From an uncultured Gemmatimonadales bacterium (lineage in GTDB: Bacteria > Gemmatimonadota > Gemmatimonadetes > Longimicrobiales > RSA9), in the NCBI GenBank assembly GCA_963783305.1, contig CAWAMW010000016.1, positions 704,001 through 768,000 on the forward strand: 64,000 nt of DNA, read 5' to 3'. Numbering within the stretch: position 1 is the stretch's first letter; each line of letters starts with the position of its first letter. Position numbers and translations under genes: made by a program. Shown piece by piece: positions 49,815 through 58,539 of the stretch. The notes beneath the pieces are model-generated. The model was not told the DNA's origin. It worked only from the letters and a program-made list of their open reading frames with translations, and did not search any database.

Positions 49815-51521
49815 TCAGAGCAGGCGCTGCTCTTCCTCATACGGGAAGAAGTCCACCACCTCGCCGGCGCGCTGGCGCTCCTGCATCGAGCGCCACCAGG
49901 CGGGGTCGAAAAGCTCCGGGTAGGCCTCCTGGAGAGTATGCCGAAGAGGTCCGGCGGGCCCGAGGAAGGCGCGCCACTCCTCCGGGAAGACATCGTCCGG
50001 GCCCACGTAGAAATGGGGCGACTCGTCGAACTCCGCCTCCGGGTACGCGGCCTGCGGCATGCTGCGGAAGTTGCAGCGGGTAAGGGGGGCCACCTCGTCG
50101 TAGTCGTAGAAGATCACCCGACCATGGCGGGTGACGCCGAAGTTCTTGATCAGCATGTCGCCGGGGAAGATGTCGGCGGCAGCGAGGTCCTTGATGGCCT
50201 GACCGAACTGGAGCGTGGCCCTGCGCGCCTGTTCCGGCTCGACGTCGTCCAGATAGAGATCGAGGGGGCGAACGCGGCGCTCGACGTAGAGGTGCTCGAT
50301 GATCACCGTGTCGTCTTCGAGGGTAGCCGTCCGAGAGGCGTTGTCCAGGAGCTCCCGGAGTACGGGGGGGTCGAAGCGCTCGCGGGGGAGCTCGAGCCGC
50401 TCGAATTCCTGCGCGTCGGCGAGACGACCCACGCGGTCCCGGACGAAGATCATGCCGTAGTTGCGCTTCACGCGCTGGGGCGTGGTCTTCTTGGGGTGTC
50501 CGAACTGGTCGCGGATGACCTTGAAGACGACGTTCAGGCCGGGCAGCGTAAAGACAATCATGACGAGCCCTTCCTTGCCGGGCGTAAACTGGAACCGGGC
50601 CTCGGGCTCGCTCAGGTGCTGACGCAGGGTGCGGTAGAACTCGGTCTTGCCGTGGCGATTGAAGCCAATGGCGGTATAGAGCTCATCGACGCGCTTCAGG
50701 GGCATGATGGAGCGGAGGAAGTCGATGGTGGGGCGTGGGGCACCGACATCGGCGTGGAGGTAGGAGCGGGTGAAGCCGAAGACCACGCTGGCCTGGTCGG
50801 AAGTGGTGAGGACGGCATCGAGGATAACGCCGCGGTCGGGGTGGAGGAGGGCGAGGGCGAGGGGAACGGTCTCGTGACCGCGGACGAGGCGTCCCACGAG
50901 GTACGCGGCCTTGTTGCGATAGAAGAGGGGCCGTAGGAGCTGGAGGGTGGCGCCGGCCCATTCGTCGTCGGGGCCGAGATCGCGGTGGAGGCGTCGAGCG
51001 GCGCGGGCGGCGTCGCGGTCGCGGTCGTCCCAGGGGGCGTCGAGGGGAACGGAATCCAGGACGTGGTTCAGCATGGCCTGGAATCCGTGGGCGAGAGAGA
51101 TTTCCCTCCAGGGTGCGGGTCCCGGGCTGGGGTCATCGACGTCATCGCCCACGAACTCAATGGCGGGGTCGACGCCGATGGTCCCGAAGAGGCGGCGAAC
51201 GACGGAGTTGTAGAACGTTTCGGCCACCTCGGCGTCGTCGCGGCCGCGGGCCCATTCGGCGAACGCGGCGCGGGAGCGGGCGGGGTCATCGGGGAGGCCG
51301 TCGGGTGCGAGCTGCTTCCGCACCTCGGCGAGGGTCTCGTGGATGACGACGTCGTAGAGCAGGATCCTCTGGCGTGCGTCCTCCTGGCCCTCGGTCCAGG
51401 CGCGGGTCTCGAAGCGTCGGCGTGCGTGCTGAGTGACGTCGCGGAAGCGGCGGACGAAGTCGTGATAGCCGACGACGACGGCGTGCGCCAGGCGCTCGGG
51501 GCCCGTGGTTTCGCCGGTCAT
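49815..51521 (-). CDS. aceK: isocitrate dehydrogenase kinase/phosphatase
   Basis: AETFYNSV, FYRNKAAYLVG, FGFTRSY, PGKEGLVMIVF, DRVGRLADAQEF, FPGDMLIKNFGVTRHGRVIFYDYDE. Confidence 0.96.
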   Translation of the reverse strand: MTGETTGPERLAHAVVVGYHDFVRRFRDVTQHARRRFETRAWTEGQEDARQRILLYDVVIHETLAEVRKQLAPDGLPDDPARSRAAFAEWARGRDDAEVAETFYNSVVRRLFGTIGVDPAIEFVGDDVDDPSPGPAPWREISLAHGFQAMLNHVLDSVPLDAPWDDRDRDAARAARRLHRDLGPDDEWAGATLQLLRPLFYRNKAAYLVGRLVRGHETVPLALALLHPDRGVILDAVLTTSDQASVVFGFTRSYLHADVGAPRPTIDFLRSIMPLKRVDELYTAIGFNRHGKTEFYRTLRQHLSEPEARFQFTPGKEGLVMIVFTLPGLNVVFKVIRDQFGHPKKTTPQRVKRNYGMIFVRDRVGRLADAQEFERLELPRERFDPPVLRELLDNASRTATLEDDTVIIEHLYVERRVRPLDLYLDDVEPEQARRATLQFGQAIKDLAAADIFPGDMLIKNFGVTRHGRVIFYDYDEVAPLTRCNFRSMPQAAYPEAEFDESPHFYVGPDDVFPEEWRAFLGPAGPLRHTLQEAYPELFDPAWWRSMQERQRAGEVVDFFPYEEEQRLL

Positions 51522-52132
51522 TCGAGCAGCCGGTTCAGGGCCCCGCGGAGGGCCGGCTCGGCGTAGAATCCTTCGACTCGCCGGACGATCCGCCCCTCGC
51601 GGTTGATGAGCAGCGAAGTGGGTAGGACATTGGCGCCGCCGTACGCCCGGACCATCTCACCGGTGGGGAAGGCGATGGGGTACGTGATGTCCCGGTCCCG
51701 GACCCAGCGCTCCACCATGCCGCGGTCGCCACGGTCGACCGAAAGGCCGAGGATGAGCACGCCCCGATCGCGGTAGTCTTCCCAGACATCCTGGAAGCCG
51801 GGCATCTCGAGGCGGCAGGGGGGGCACCAGGTGGCCCAGAAGTTGACGAGTACCACGCGTCCTTCCAGCTCCGACAGGCGGATCGTTTCGCCGTCGAGGG
51901 TGGTGACGGAGAACTCAGGGGCGGGCAGGTCGGTGTCGCCGATCCCGATGGCGGCGCCCACCTGGGGGCCGAAGCGCCAGACCAGGACCCCGAGGACGGC
52001 GACCCAGAGGGCGATGTCGAGAGCGCGCTTCCACCCCGCGCGCGGGGGCTCGCCCGAGCCGCGATCGGCGGGGCCCTTCGGGTGGTCGCGGGGCGGCTCG
52101 TGCTCGGCTGTGGGTGGTCGGGTCATGGACAT
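51518..52132 (-). CDS. TlpA-family thiol:disulfide oxidoreductase
   Basis: TM anchor; VNFWATWCPPCRLEMP; start may be 52126. Confidence 0.92.
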   Translation of the reverse strand: MSMTRPPTAEHEPPRDHPKGPADRGSGEPPRAGWKRALDIALWVAVLGVLVWRFGPQVGAAIGIGDTDLPAPEFSVTTLDGETIRLSELEGRVVLVNFWATWCPPCRLEMPGFQDVWEDYRDRGVLILGLSVDRGDRGMVERWVRDRDITYPIAFPTGEMVRAYGGANVLPTSLLINREGRIVRRVEGFYAEPALRGALNRLLE

Positions 52133-52199
52133 AGTCTAATCGGCCCCGACCGGGCGCGCCGGTGGGTGGTTGCACAGGTCTTGCCGCCTGTCGAGCGCG

Positions 52200-52535
52200 A
52201 TGAGCAATCGAGACCGTATGGACCGTGCGCGCCGGGAGCACCTGGAGGCGGAGCTCCGACGGGCGCTGGAGAAGGTGGGGGCGACGGAGCGAGTGATCGA
52301 TTCCGTGATGGCGGCGGGGTGCCGTCTGGACGGAGTGGGCGCCATGGGGGTGAGCGAGGAGCTGGCGTCGGCCAATGCCCGGCTGAGCACGCGCGTCCGC
52401 GAAGTGGCCGGGGCGCTGGACCGGCTGGACCGGGGCATGTACGGGCACTGCGCGAGGTGCGAGGAGCGGATCGACGCCGAACGGCTGGATCTGCTCCCCA
52501 CGACCACGCTGTGCCGCGAATGTGCCGCCATGTAG
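52200..52535 (+). CDS. TraR/DksA C4-type zinc-finger protein
   Basis: AL.RL..G.YG.CARC...I...RL...P...LCREC. Confidence 0.85.
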   Translation: MSNRDRMDRARREHLEAELRRALEKVGATERVIDSVMAAGCRLDGVGAMGVSEELASANARLSTRVREVAGALDRLDRGMYGHCARCEERIDAERLDLLPTTTLCRECAAM

Positions 52536-52544
52536 GGGACCCGC

Positions 52545-52976
52545 CTAGCGGATCTCGACCAGCTCGACGTCGAACGTCAGGGCCTTGCCGGCCAGCGGGT
52601 GATTGAGGTCGAGCTTGATCGACTCGTCATCGACGTCCTGGATGGTGGCCACGCGGTTCTGACCGGGTGCCACCTGTACCTGCACCTGCTGGCCCACCGC
52701 AGGCTCCGCTTCCGCCGGGAACTGGCTCCGCTCCACGTCCACGACCATGTCCTCACGCGGGTCGCCATACGCCTCCTCGGGCTCCAGACGGACCTCGCGA
52801 CTCTCGCCGATCTCGAGACCCTGGACCGCCCGATCGAAGCCGGGGATGACCTGCCCGCCCCCTACCTGGAACTCAAGCGGGTCGCGGCCCTTCGAGCTGT
52901 CGAAGACCTCGCCGTCGTCCAGCTTGCCCGTGTAGTGCACTGCTACGGTGTCGCCCTGCTGCGCCTTCTGCGCCAC
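52545..52976 (-). CDS. slyD: FKBP-type peptidyl-prolyl isomerase (SlyD-like, no His-rich tail)
   Basis: VHYTG.L.DGEVFDSS, IPGF, AYG, DLNHPLAGK.L.F; GTG start after GGAGG. Confidence 0.92.
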   Translation of the reverse strand: MAQKAQQGDTVAVHYTGKLDDGEVFDSSKGRDPLEFQVGGGQVIPGFDRAVQGLEIGESREVRLEPEEAYGDPREDMVVDVERSQFPAEAEPAVGQQVQVQVAPGQNRVATIQDVDDESIKLDLNHPLAGKALTFDVELVEIR

Positions 52977-53047
52977 GTGATTTTCCTCCATTTGTCCTAT
53001 GATCGGGGACGACTGGCTGCCGCCCCGTGTGGTGGCCTACACGCCAG

Positions 53048-53063
53048 TGCACGAGCCGTTCCG
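53048..53063 (-). promoter_or_regulatory. putative sigma54 promoter of slyD
   Basis: CGGAACGGCTCGTGCA = GG-N10-GC followed by A. Confidence 0.45.
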
Positions 53064-53096
53064 GGCGGGTGGCCGGGGATTCCCGATCGCCCCGCG

Positions 53097-54185
53097 TCAC
53101 TGGGGCCGGTCATCGACGAGGACGACATCGTGGTCGCGGAGCGACGCCAGGAACGGGCCGGGATCCACGAGCTGCGAGGGGGCGAGGACGCCCGTGGGGG
53201 CGCCGGACTCCATGGCGCGGCGGGCGCCCGCCAGGGCGGCCACGGCCGTGATGCCGTACGGGTCCCGACCGCGCACTTCGAGGGCGCGCTCGCGACCGTC
53301 CGCGTCCACCAGCTCGACCCGGATGGTGAAGCGGCTGGCGTGCCGCTGCTCGGGCGTCGGGTCGTCGGCGCGGGTGGCCAGCTTCTCGAGGATGGGCCGG
53401 AGGACCGGGACCAGGAGCGGGAGCGCCGGCGCCATCAGCGGGATCACGCGCGCCATGGCGGGACCCATGACGAGCCAGCCGCGGACGTCCTGCACGTCCA
53501 CGTAGCGGGGCGCCGTCACCACCTCGCCCGACGGGAACGCCACCGCGCTGAGACGGCGGCCGGAGCCCAGACGGACCGTCCGATGACCCGCGCCGAGGGC
53601 GGTGCGGCCGAACTGGCCGTCCTCACGGGTCCAGCCCTTCTGGCCGAGCATGCCGATGACCGTGCGCCGCGTGCCTCGTGAGCTGGCGGAGCCGCCCCAC
53701 GCGTAGATGACGTCGGCGGACCGGAGTGGCGTGGTGAGCCCCTCCGCACCGACGGCCAGGGCGCAGTCGCCGAGCGCGTACTCGAAGGCCATGGCGTTCA
53801 CCACCGCCACACCGGCCGCCTCGGCCGCCTCGTGGTACGTCTCATGGATGTGGTGCACGAAGGGCTGCTCGCCGGTGGTGTCGAGGTAGTGGGCGCCGAT
53901 TTCGATGCACGCAGCGACCACCGGCTCGCCCAGCTCGGTGAAGGGGCCGGCCGTGTTGATCACCGCGTCTCCCGGTCGGATGAGGCGATGGAGCGATGCG
54001 CGGTCCGTGACGTCGACCACCTGCGGCGTGGCGCCCTGGAGCTCCGCGGTCAGGCGCTTGAGCCGCTCGGCGTCCCGGCCGGCCACGACAAACGGCGAGT
54101 CCCCGCCGGAAAGGGCGCGGGCGATCAGGCCGCCCGTGAACCCGGTCGCCCCGATGATCACGAGGGTGGGGGTGTCTCTGCTCAT
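53097..54185 (-). CDS. saccharopine dehydrogenase-like NAD(P)-binding oxidoreductase
   Basis: IGATGFTG, AGRD, NTAGPF...GEPVV.AC...GAHYLDTTGE; AAGGAG Shine-Dalgarno. Confidence 0.88.
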   Translation of the reverse strand: MSRDTPTLVIIGATGFTGGLIARALSGGDSPFVVAGRDAERLKRLTAELQGATPQVVDVTDRASLHRLIRPGDAVINTAGPFTELGEPVVAACIEIGAHYLDTTGEQPFVHHIHETYHEAAEAAGVAVVNAMAFEYALGDCALAVGAEGLTTPLRSADVIYAWGGSASSRGTRRTVIGMLGQKGWTREDGQFGRTALGAGHRTVRLGSGRRLSAVAFPSGEVVTAPRYVDVQDVRGWLVMGPAMARVIPLMAPALPLLVPVLRPILEKLATRADDPTPEQRHASRFTIRVELVDADGRERALEVRGRDPYGITAVAALAGARRAMESGAPTGVLAPSQLVDPGPFLASLRDHDVVLVDDRPQ

Positions 54186-54215
54186 GCGCCTGCTCCTTCG
54201 GTGGTAGGGCGGGAT

Positions 54216-54250
54216 GAGAAACGGCCGCCTCCCGTGGGGAAGCGGCCGCC
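54216..54250 (-). terminator. terminator of the cold-shock gene
   Basis: CGGCCGCTTCCC / GGGAGGCGGCCG stem followed by TTTCT on the minus strand. Confidence 0.65.
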
Positions 54251-54275
54251 TCACGACCGAAACGCGGTCAACGTG

Positions 54276-54482
54276 TCAGGCCGGGATGACGTTCTCCGCC
54301 GCCGGACCCTTCTGGCCCTGGACGATATCGAACTCGACCCGTTGGCCCTCGGCGAGGGTCTTGAAGCCCTCCATCTGAATGGCGCTGTGATGGACGAAGC
54401 AGTCCTTGCTGCCGTCCTCGGGCTCGATGAAACCGAAGCCCTTCTGGTCGTTGAACCACTTTACGGTTCCGGTGGTACGCAT
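54276..54482 (-). CDS. cspA: cold-shock protein (CspA family)
   Basis: [32 protein letters not shown]. Confidence 0.96.
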   Translation of the reverse strand: MRTTGTVKWFNDQKGFGFIEPEDGSKDCFVHHSAIQMEGFKTLAEGQRVEFDIVQGQKGPAAENVIPA

Positions 54483-54628
54483 ACTACCGTACTCCCTCTG
54501 GTGTTCTGGTGCTCGCGAGGCCGGTATCTCCGTACCACTCATCGATCACCGTTACGACGCGGATATCACGCCCCGCGGACCTGGCGGGCGACCCGCTGCG
54601 TGCCTGCCGCAGGCGAGCGCCACGGGCA

Positions 54629-54656
54629 ATATTATGCGTGAGTGCGCGAGGGTCAA
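54629..54656 (-). promoter_or_regulatory. sigma70-type promoter of the cold-shock gene (about 140-nt 5' UTR)
   Basis: TTGACC-N16-TAATAT. Confidence 0.6.
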
Positions 54657-54670
54657 CTAATGGGCGCGCC

Positions 54671-54822
54671 TGCGGCTCGCGGAGGGCGAGCCTTGCGGCT
54701 CGCGGGGGGCGAGCCTTGCGGCTCGCGGAGGGCGAGCCTTGCGGCTCGCGGAGGGCGAGCCTTGCGGCTCGCGGAGGGCGAGCCTTGCGGCTCGCGGAGG
54801 GCGAGCCTTGCGGCTCGCGGGG
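54671..54822. repeat. 23-bp palindromic (REP-like) tandem repeat, 6 copies plus a partial copy
   Basis: Unit TGCGGCTCGCGGAGGGCGAGCCT containing hairpin GGCTCGC-N5-GCGAGCC. Confidence 0.97.
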
Positions 54823-55057
54823 GGGAACGCCTCGTCCGCGTGAAGCGCCCTCTTTCTCGCGCGTGGTGCCGTAGCGCGTCGTGCCTTTCCGTCGATTCAC
54901 CGACGTCAATCCGGCACTGCCGACCGTTCAACGTGCCGTTCCCCGATATACCCCGGTGGGCGAGGTGGAATCGACGCGGGAGCCGGGAGCTCGGTCGGTC
55001 TGACGATTTTTCGTCGTATAGCGGGGACAACTCGCCAGCGACGCCTTCCGGGTCGCG

Positions 55058-56209
55058 TCAGCGGGCCTCTTCCCGCTCCACTCGGATGCCGCGCTCGGCG
55101 AGGTGACGGAGGACCCAGTCGAGGGCGCCATCGGTTGCGCCGACGAGCTCGGGGGGGGAAATGCCGGGTTCGCGGTAGTGGCCGGCGAGGACGAAGCGTG
55201 CGATGGCGGTTGCGGTGTAGCCGGTGGTCCGGGCCATGGAGGAGACATCGGTCTCGGGGTCATACCGGTCGAGGAGGCGCAAGGTGTGACGCACCGGGCC
55301 GTCCTGGTCCTCGCCCTCGACGATCACGCGCATGATGGTGAGGTCGGGCTCGCCCGGATCATAGCGCCAGGCGTCGAAGAGGAGGTGGGCGGAGAGGTCG
55401 AGGGGGGCGATGGTGCCGCCGCGGGTCTCGATTTCCGATTCAGAGAAGAAGCCGGTCTCCCGCAGGAGGCGGATACGGTCGGCGTGGCCGGGCCAGCGCA
55501 TGGTCTTCTCCACGAGGTCGGGCGTGCGGCTGGTGGCGAGGAGGGTGCGGAGGCCGTCGGTGTTGAAGGCTTCCAGGCGACCCAGGCCCGGGAAGTCCAC
55601 GAGTTCCACCTCGCTCAGAGCGGGGAGCGTGACGGTCTCACCGCCACGGCGGAGGCGTGCCGGGCGGGTGTACTCGGCGATGACGTCGATGGGTGAGAAC
55701 GGCGCCTTGTACTCCCACGGCTGCTGCGGCTCGGCGGGGATGCCGCCCACGAGGCATTCGAAGCGGGTGGTGCGCTCCAGCCGGGTCTCCAGGTCCCCGA
55801 GGATGAGGTTGCTGAGACCGGGCGCGACGCCCGCGTCCACGATGGCGACACGGCCGCGCTCCCGGGCCAGGTCGTGGAGAGCGAAGGCGTCCTCCTCGAA
55901 GAAGGAGATGTCCACGAGGTCGACTCCGGCGGAGAGGACCCGCCGGGCGGTCTCGAATCCCATGGGTCCCGGGACGGCACCGATCACCAGGTCCTGTCCG
56001 TCGAGCGCGCTGGCCAGGCTGCGGGAGTCGGAGAGGTCGAGGGGGAGCACGCGCACGGAGGAGCCATCGGCGCTGGCTCGCTCCTGGAGCGCGGCGAGGG
56101 CTTCCCGGCTCGCGTCCGCCGCAGTCACCGTCAGGTCCTCATCCCGCGCCAGGTCCCGCGCCATTGCCGCGCCCACGCGCCCCGCACCGAGTACGACCAC
56201 TGAAGGCAT
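55058..56209 (-). CDS. saccharopine dehydrogenase family protein (lysine 6-dehydrogenase-like)
   Basis: VLGAGRVG, DAGVAPGLSN, FSPIDVIAEYTRP, EAFNTDGLRTL, KTMRWPGH, SMARTTGY. Confidence 0.9.
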   Translation of the reverse strand: MPSVVVLGAGRVGAAMARDLARDEDLTVTAADASREALAALQERASADGSSVRVLPLDLSDSRSLASALDGQDLVIGAVPGPMGFETARRVLSAGVDLVDISFFEEDAFALHDLARERGRVAIVDAGVAPGLSNLILGDLETRLERTTRFECLVGGIPAEPQQPWEYKAPFSPIDVIAEYTRPARLRRGGETVTLPALSEVELVDFPGLGRLEAFNTDGLRTLLATSRTPDLVEKTMRWPGHADRIRLLRETGFFSESEIETRGGTIAPLDLSAHLLFDAWRYDPGEPDLTIMRVIVEGEDQDGPVRHTLRLLDRYDPETDVSSMARTTGYTATAIARFVLAGHYREPGISPPELVGATDGALDWVLRHLAERGIRVEREEAR

Positions 56210-56505
56210 ATCAAGTCCCTTCGTCCAGCGGCCCGGGAGCGCCGGGCGTTCGCGTCCGTTTCGATCCGAGGGTGCAAGGTACGGGCGGCGGTCGGCGTGA
56301 GAAAGACGCCGCGCGGCAGAAAGGATGGGGGGGTTCCGGAGGAGGGGTGATGGACGACATGCCGGCTGCGACATTTCAGGAAATCCCCCACCGGACTACC
56401 CGGAGTTCTTCCTACTGCGCCCGGCGCCGGGGTCAAGGTACGTTGAACCTGTACGCCCCCCCCACGGGCGTGCGAATCCCACCAAAAAGCCATCCGGGAG
56501 GAAGC

Positions 56506-57663
56506 ATGGTCGCAGAGTATCATGCTGGCTCGACTCTACTCATGAGCGAGCCGGACCGTCGGGACTTCGTGAAGAGTGTGTGTGTCCTGTCTGCGGCCGC
56601 CATCGGGCTGCCGGCGACGACTGCGGAGGTGTTCGCGCAGAGCGTTGCGAAGCGGAAGCCGTCGGTGATCTGGCTGTCGTTCCAGGAATGCACGGGGTGC
56701 ACGGAGTCGCTGCTGCGGACCAGTCATCCGGGGCTGGACACGCTGGTCCTCGACCTCATCTCGCTGGACTACCACGAGGCGCTGAGCGCGGCGGCGGGGC
56801 ACCAGGCGGAAGAGGCGAAGCGGGCGAGCATGCGGGAGAACGCGGGCTCGTACGTGCTCGTGGTGGAGGGGGCGATCCCGACGAAGGATGGCGGGATCTA
56901 CTGCAAGGTGGGGGGGCAGACGGCGCTGGACAGCGTGCGGGAGGCGGCGGAGCACGCGGGCGCGATCGTGGCGATCGGATCGTGCGCGTCGTGGGGCGGG
57001 ATTCCGTCGTCCGGTCCGAACCCGACGGGGGCCATGGGAGTGCCGGGGGTGCTCCAGGGGAAGACGGTGGTGACGATCCCCGGCTGCCCGGCGAACCCGT
57101 ACAACTTCCTGGGGACGGTGCTCCAGTACGCGACGTACGGCACCCTGCCGGAGCTGGACGCGCAGGGGCGGCCGAAGTTCGCGTACGGGCGGACGATCCA
57201 CGAGGACTGCCCGCGACGGCCGCATTTCGATGCCGGCCGGTTCGCGCAGCGTTTTGGCGACGAGGGGCACCGCGAGGGATACTGCCTCTACAAGCTGGGG
57301 TGCAAGGGTCCGGAGACGTACGCCAACTGCTCGCTCCAGCATTTCGGTGAGATGAACGGGGCGTGGCCGATCGGGATCGGGCACCCGTGCTTCGGCTGCA
57401 CCGAGTACGGCGTGGGATTCAACAAGCCTCTGCACGCCACCGCGGACGTGATCCGGCTCACGCCCGGAGCATCGGCGCCGCCGATCCATCCGGAGCACGG
57501 CGGCGGGATCGGCCCGTGGGCCACGGGAGTGGCGGGTGTCGTAGGCGGTCTGGCGGTGGGCGGTGCGGCCATGGCGTCGCGACAGCTCGGGGATTACGAC
57601 CCGGCGATGGAGGAGCTAGACCCGGCCGCCGGCGGAATGGACGAGACGGGCGGGGAGGCCTGA
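56506..57663 (+). CDS. hybO: [NiFe]-hydrogenase small subunit, Hyb-type (copy 1)
   Basis: Tat motif RRDFVK, QECTGCTES, GSCA..GG, PGCP, HEDC, CLYKLGCKGP, C-terminal TM. Confidence 0.95.
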   Translation: MVAEYHAGSTLLMSEPDRRDFVKSVCVLSAAAIGLPATTAEVFAQSVAKRKPSVIWLSFQECTGCTESLLRTSHPGLDTLVLDLISLDYHEALSAAAGHQAEEAKRASMRENAGSYVLVVEGAIPTKDGGIYCKVGGQTALDSVREAAEHAGAIVAIGSCASWGGIPSSGPNPTGAMGVPGVLQGKTVVTIPGCPANPYNFLGTVLQYATYGTLPELDAQGRPKFAYGRTIHEDCPRRPHFDAGRFAQRFGDEGHREGYCLYKLGCKGPETYANCSLQHFGEMNGAWPIGIGHPCFGCTEYGVGFNKPLHATADVIRLTPGASAPPIHPEHGGGIGPWATGVAGVVGGLAVGGAAMASRQLGDYDPAMEELDPAAGGMDETGGEA

Positions 57664-58539
57664 GTGGGCGTGGACCGCAGGACGGCGCTGAAGTCGCTGG
57701 CGGCCGCGGGCGCGGCGCTGGCGGGCGCGCCGAGGCGGGCGGAGGCGCGGGAGCCGCGGCAGGCACCCGCCGACGCGGTGGGACTCCTCTACGACGCCAC
57801 GCTGTGCATCGGCTGCAAGGCGTGCGTGTCGGCGTGCTACGAGGCCAATTTCGAGGGGCGTCCGCCGGGCGAGCTGTACTACGAAGCGGAGGACCTGAGC
57901 TCGACCTGCCGGAACATCATCAAGGAGTACCGGGAGGGTGGGGCGCAGTCGTTCATGAAGATGCAGTGCATGCACTGCGTGGACCCGGGCTGCATCAGCG
58001 CGTGCATGATGGGGGCGCTCGACAAGCGCGAGTACGGGATCGTGACGTGGGACGGCGACAAGTGTATTGGGTGCCGGTACTGTCAGGTCGCCTGCCCGTA
58101 CAACGTGCCGAAGTTCCAGTGGGACGATGCCACGCCGGAGATCGTGAAGTGCGAGCTGTGCAGTCACCGGCTGGCGGCAGGCGGGATCCCCGCGTGCGCC
58201 GAAGTCTGCCCGCGCGAGGCGGTGATCTTCGGGACGCGTGAGGAGCTGCTGACGGAGGCGCACCGGCGTTTGGACGAGGACCCGGCAAGCTACGAGCCGA
58301 AGGTCTTCGGCGAAACGGATGGGGGCGGAACCCAGGTGCTCTACCTGAGCTCGGCCGGCGTACCGTTCACGGCGCTGGGCCTGCCTGAGCTCGGGAACCG
58401 GAGCGTCGCGCACACGTCGGAAACGATCCAGCATACGATCTACAAGGGGTTCGTGGCGCCGGTGGTGGTGTACGGCGTGCTGGGTGCCGTGGTCTGGCGG
58501 GCGCACCGAACACAGCGGGACGAGGAGGTGACGCCATGA
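57664..58539 (+). CDS. hybA: hydrogenase-2 Fe-S electron-transfer subunit
   Basis: Tat RRTALK; four CxxC..C clusters; GGGTQVLYLS; C-terminal TM. Confidence 0.93.
   Translation: MGVDRRTALKSLAAAGAALAGAPRRAEAREPRQAPADAVGLLYDATLCIGCKACVSACYEANFEGRPPGELYYEAEDLSSTCRNIIKEYREGGAQSFMKMQCMHCVDPGCISACMMGALDKREYGIVTWDGDKCIGCRYCQVACPYNVPKFQWDDATPEIVKCELCSHRLAAGGIPACAEVCPREAVIFGTREELLTEAHRRLDEDPASYEPKVFGETDGGGTQVLYLSSAGVPFTALGLPELGNRSVAHTSETIQHTIYKGFVAPVVVYGVLGAVVWRAHRTQRDEEVTP

Noticed and set aside
52159..52174. sigma54 motif upstream of the TraR/DksA gene (and a similar one near 56273-56288)
   Set aside because: TTGCA is present but the -24 dinucleotide is CG rather than GG at the required spacing
54671..54822. 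CRISPR array or repeat-encoded proteins
   Set aside because: No spacers; the overlapping ORFs are only translations of the repeat
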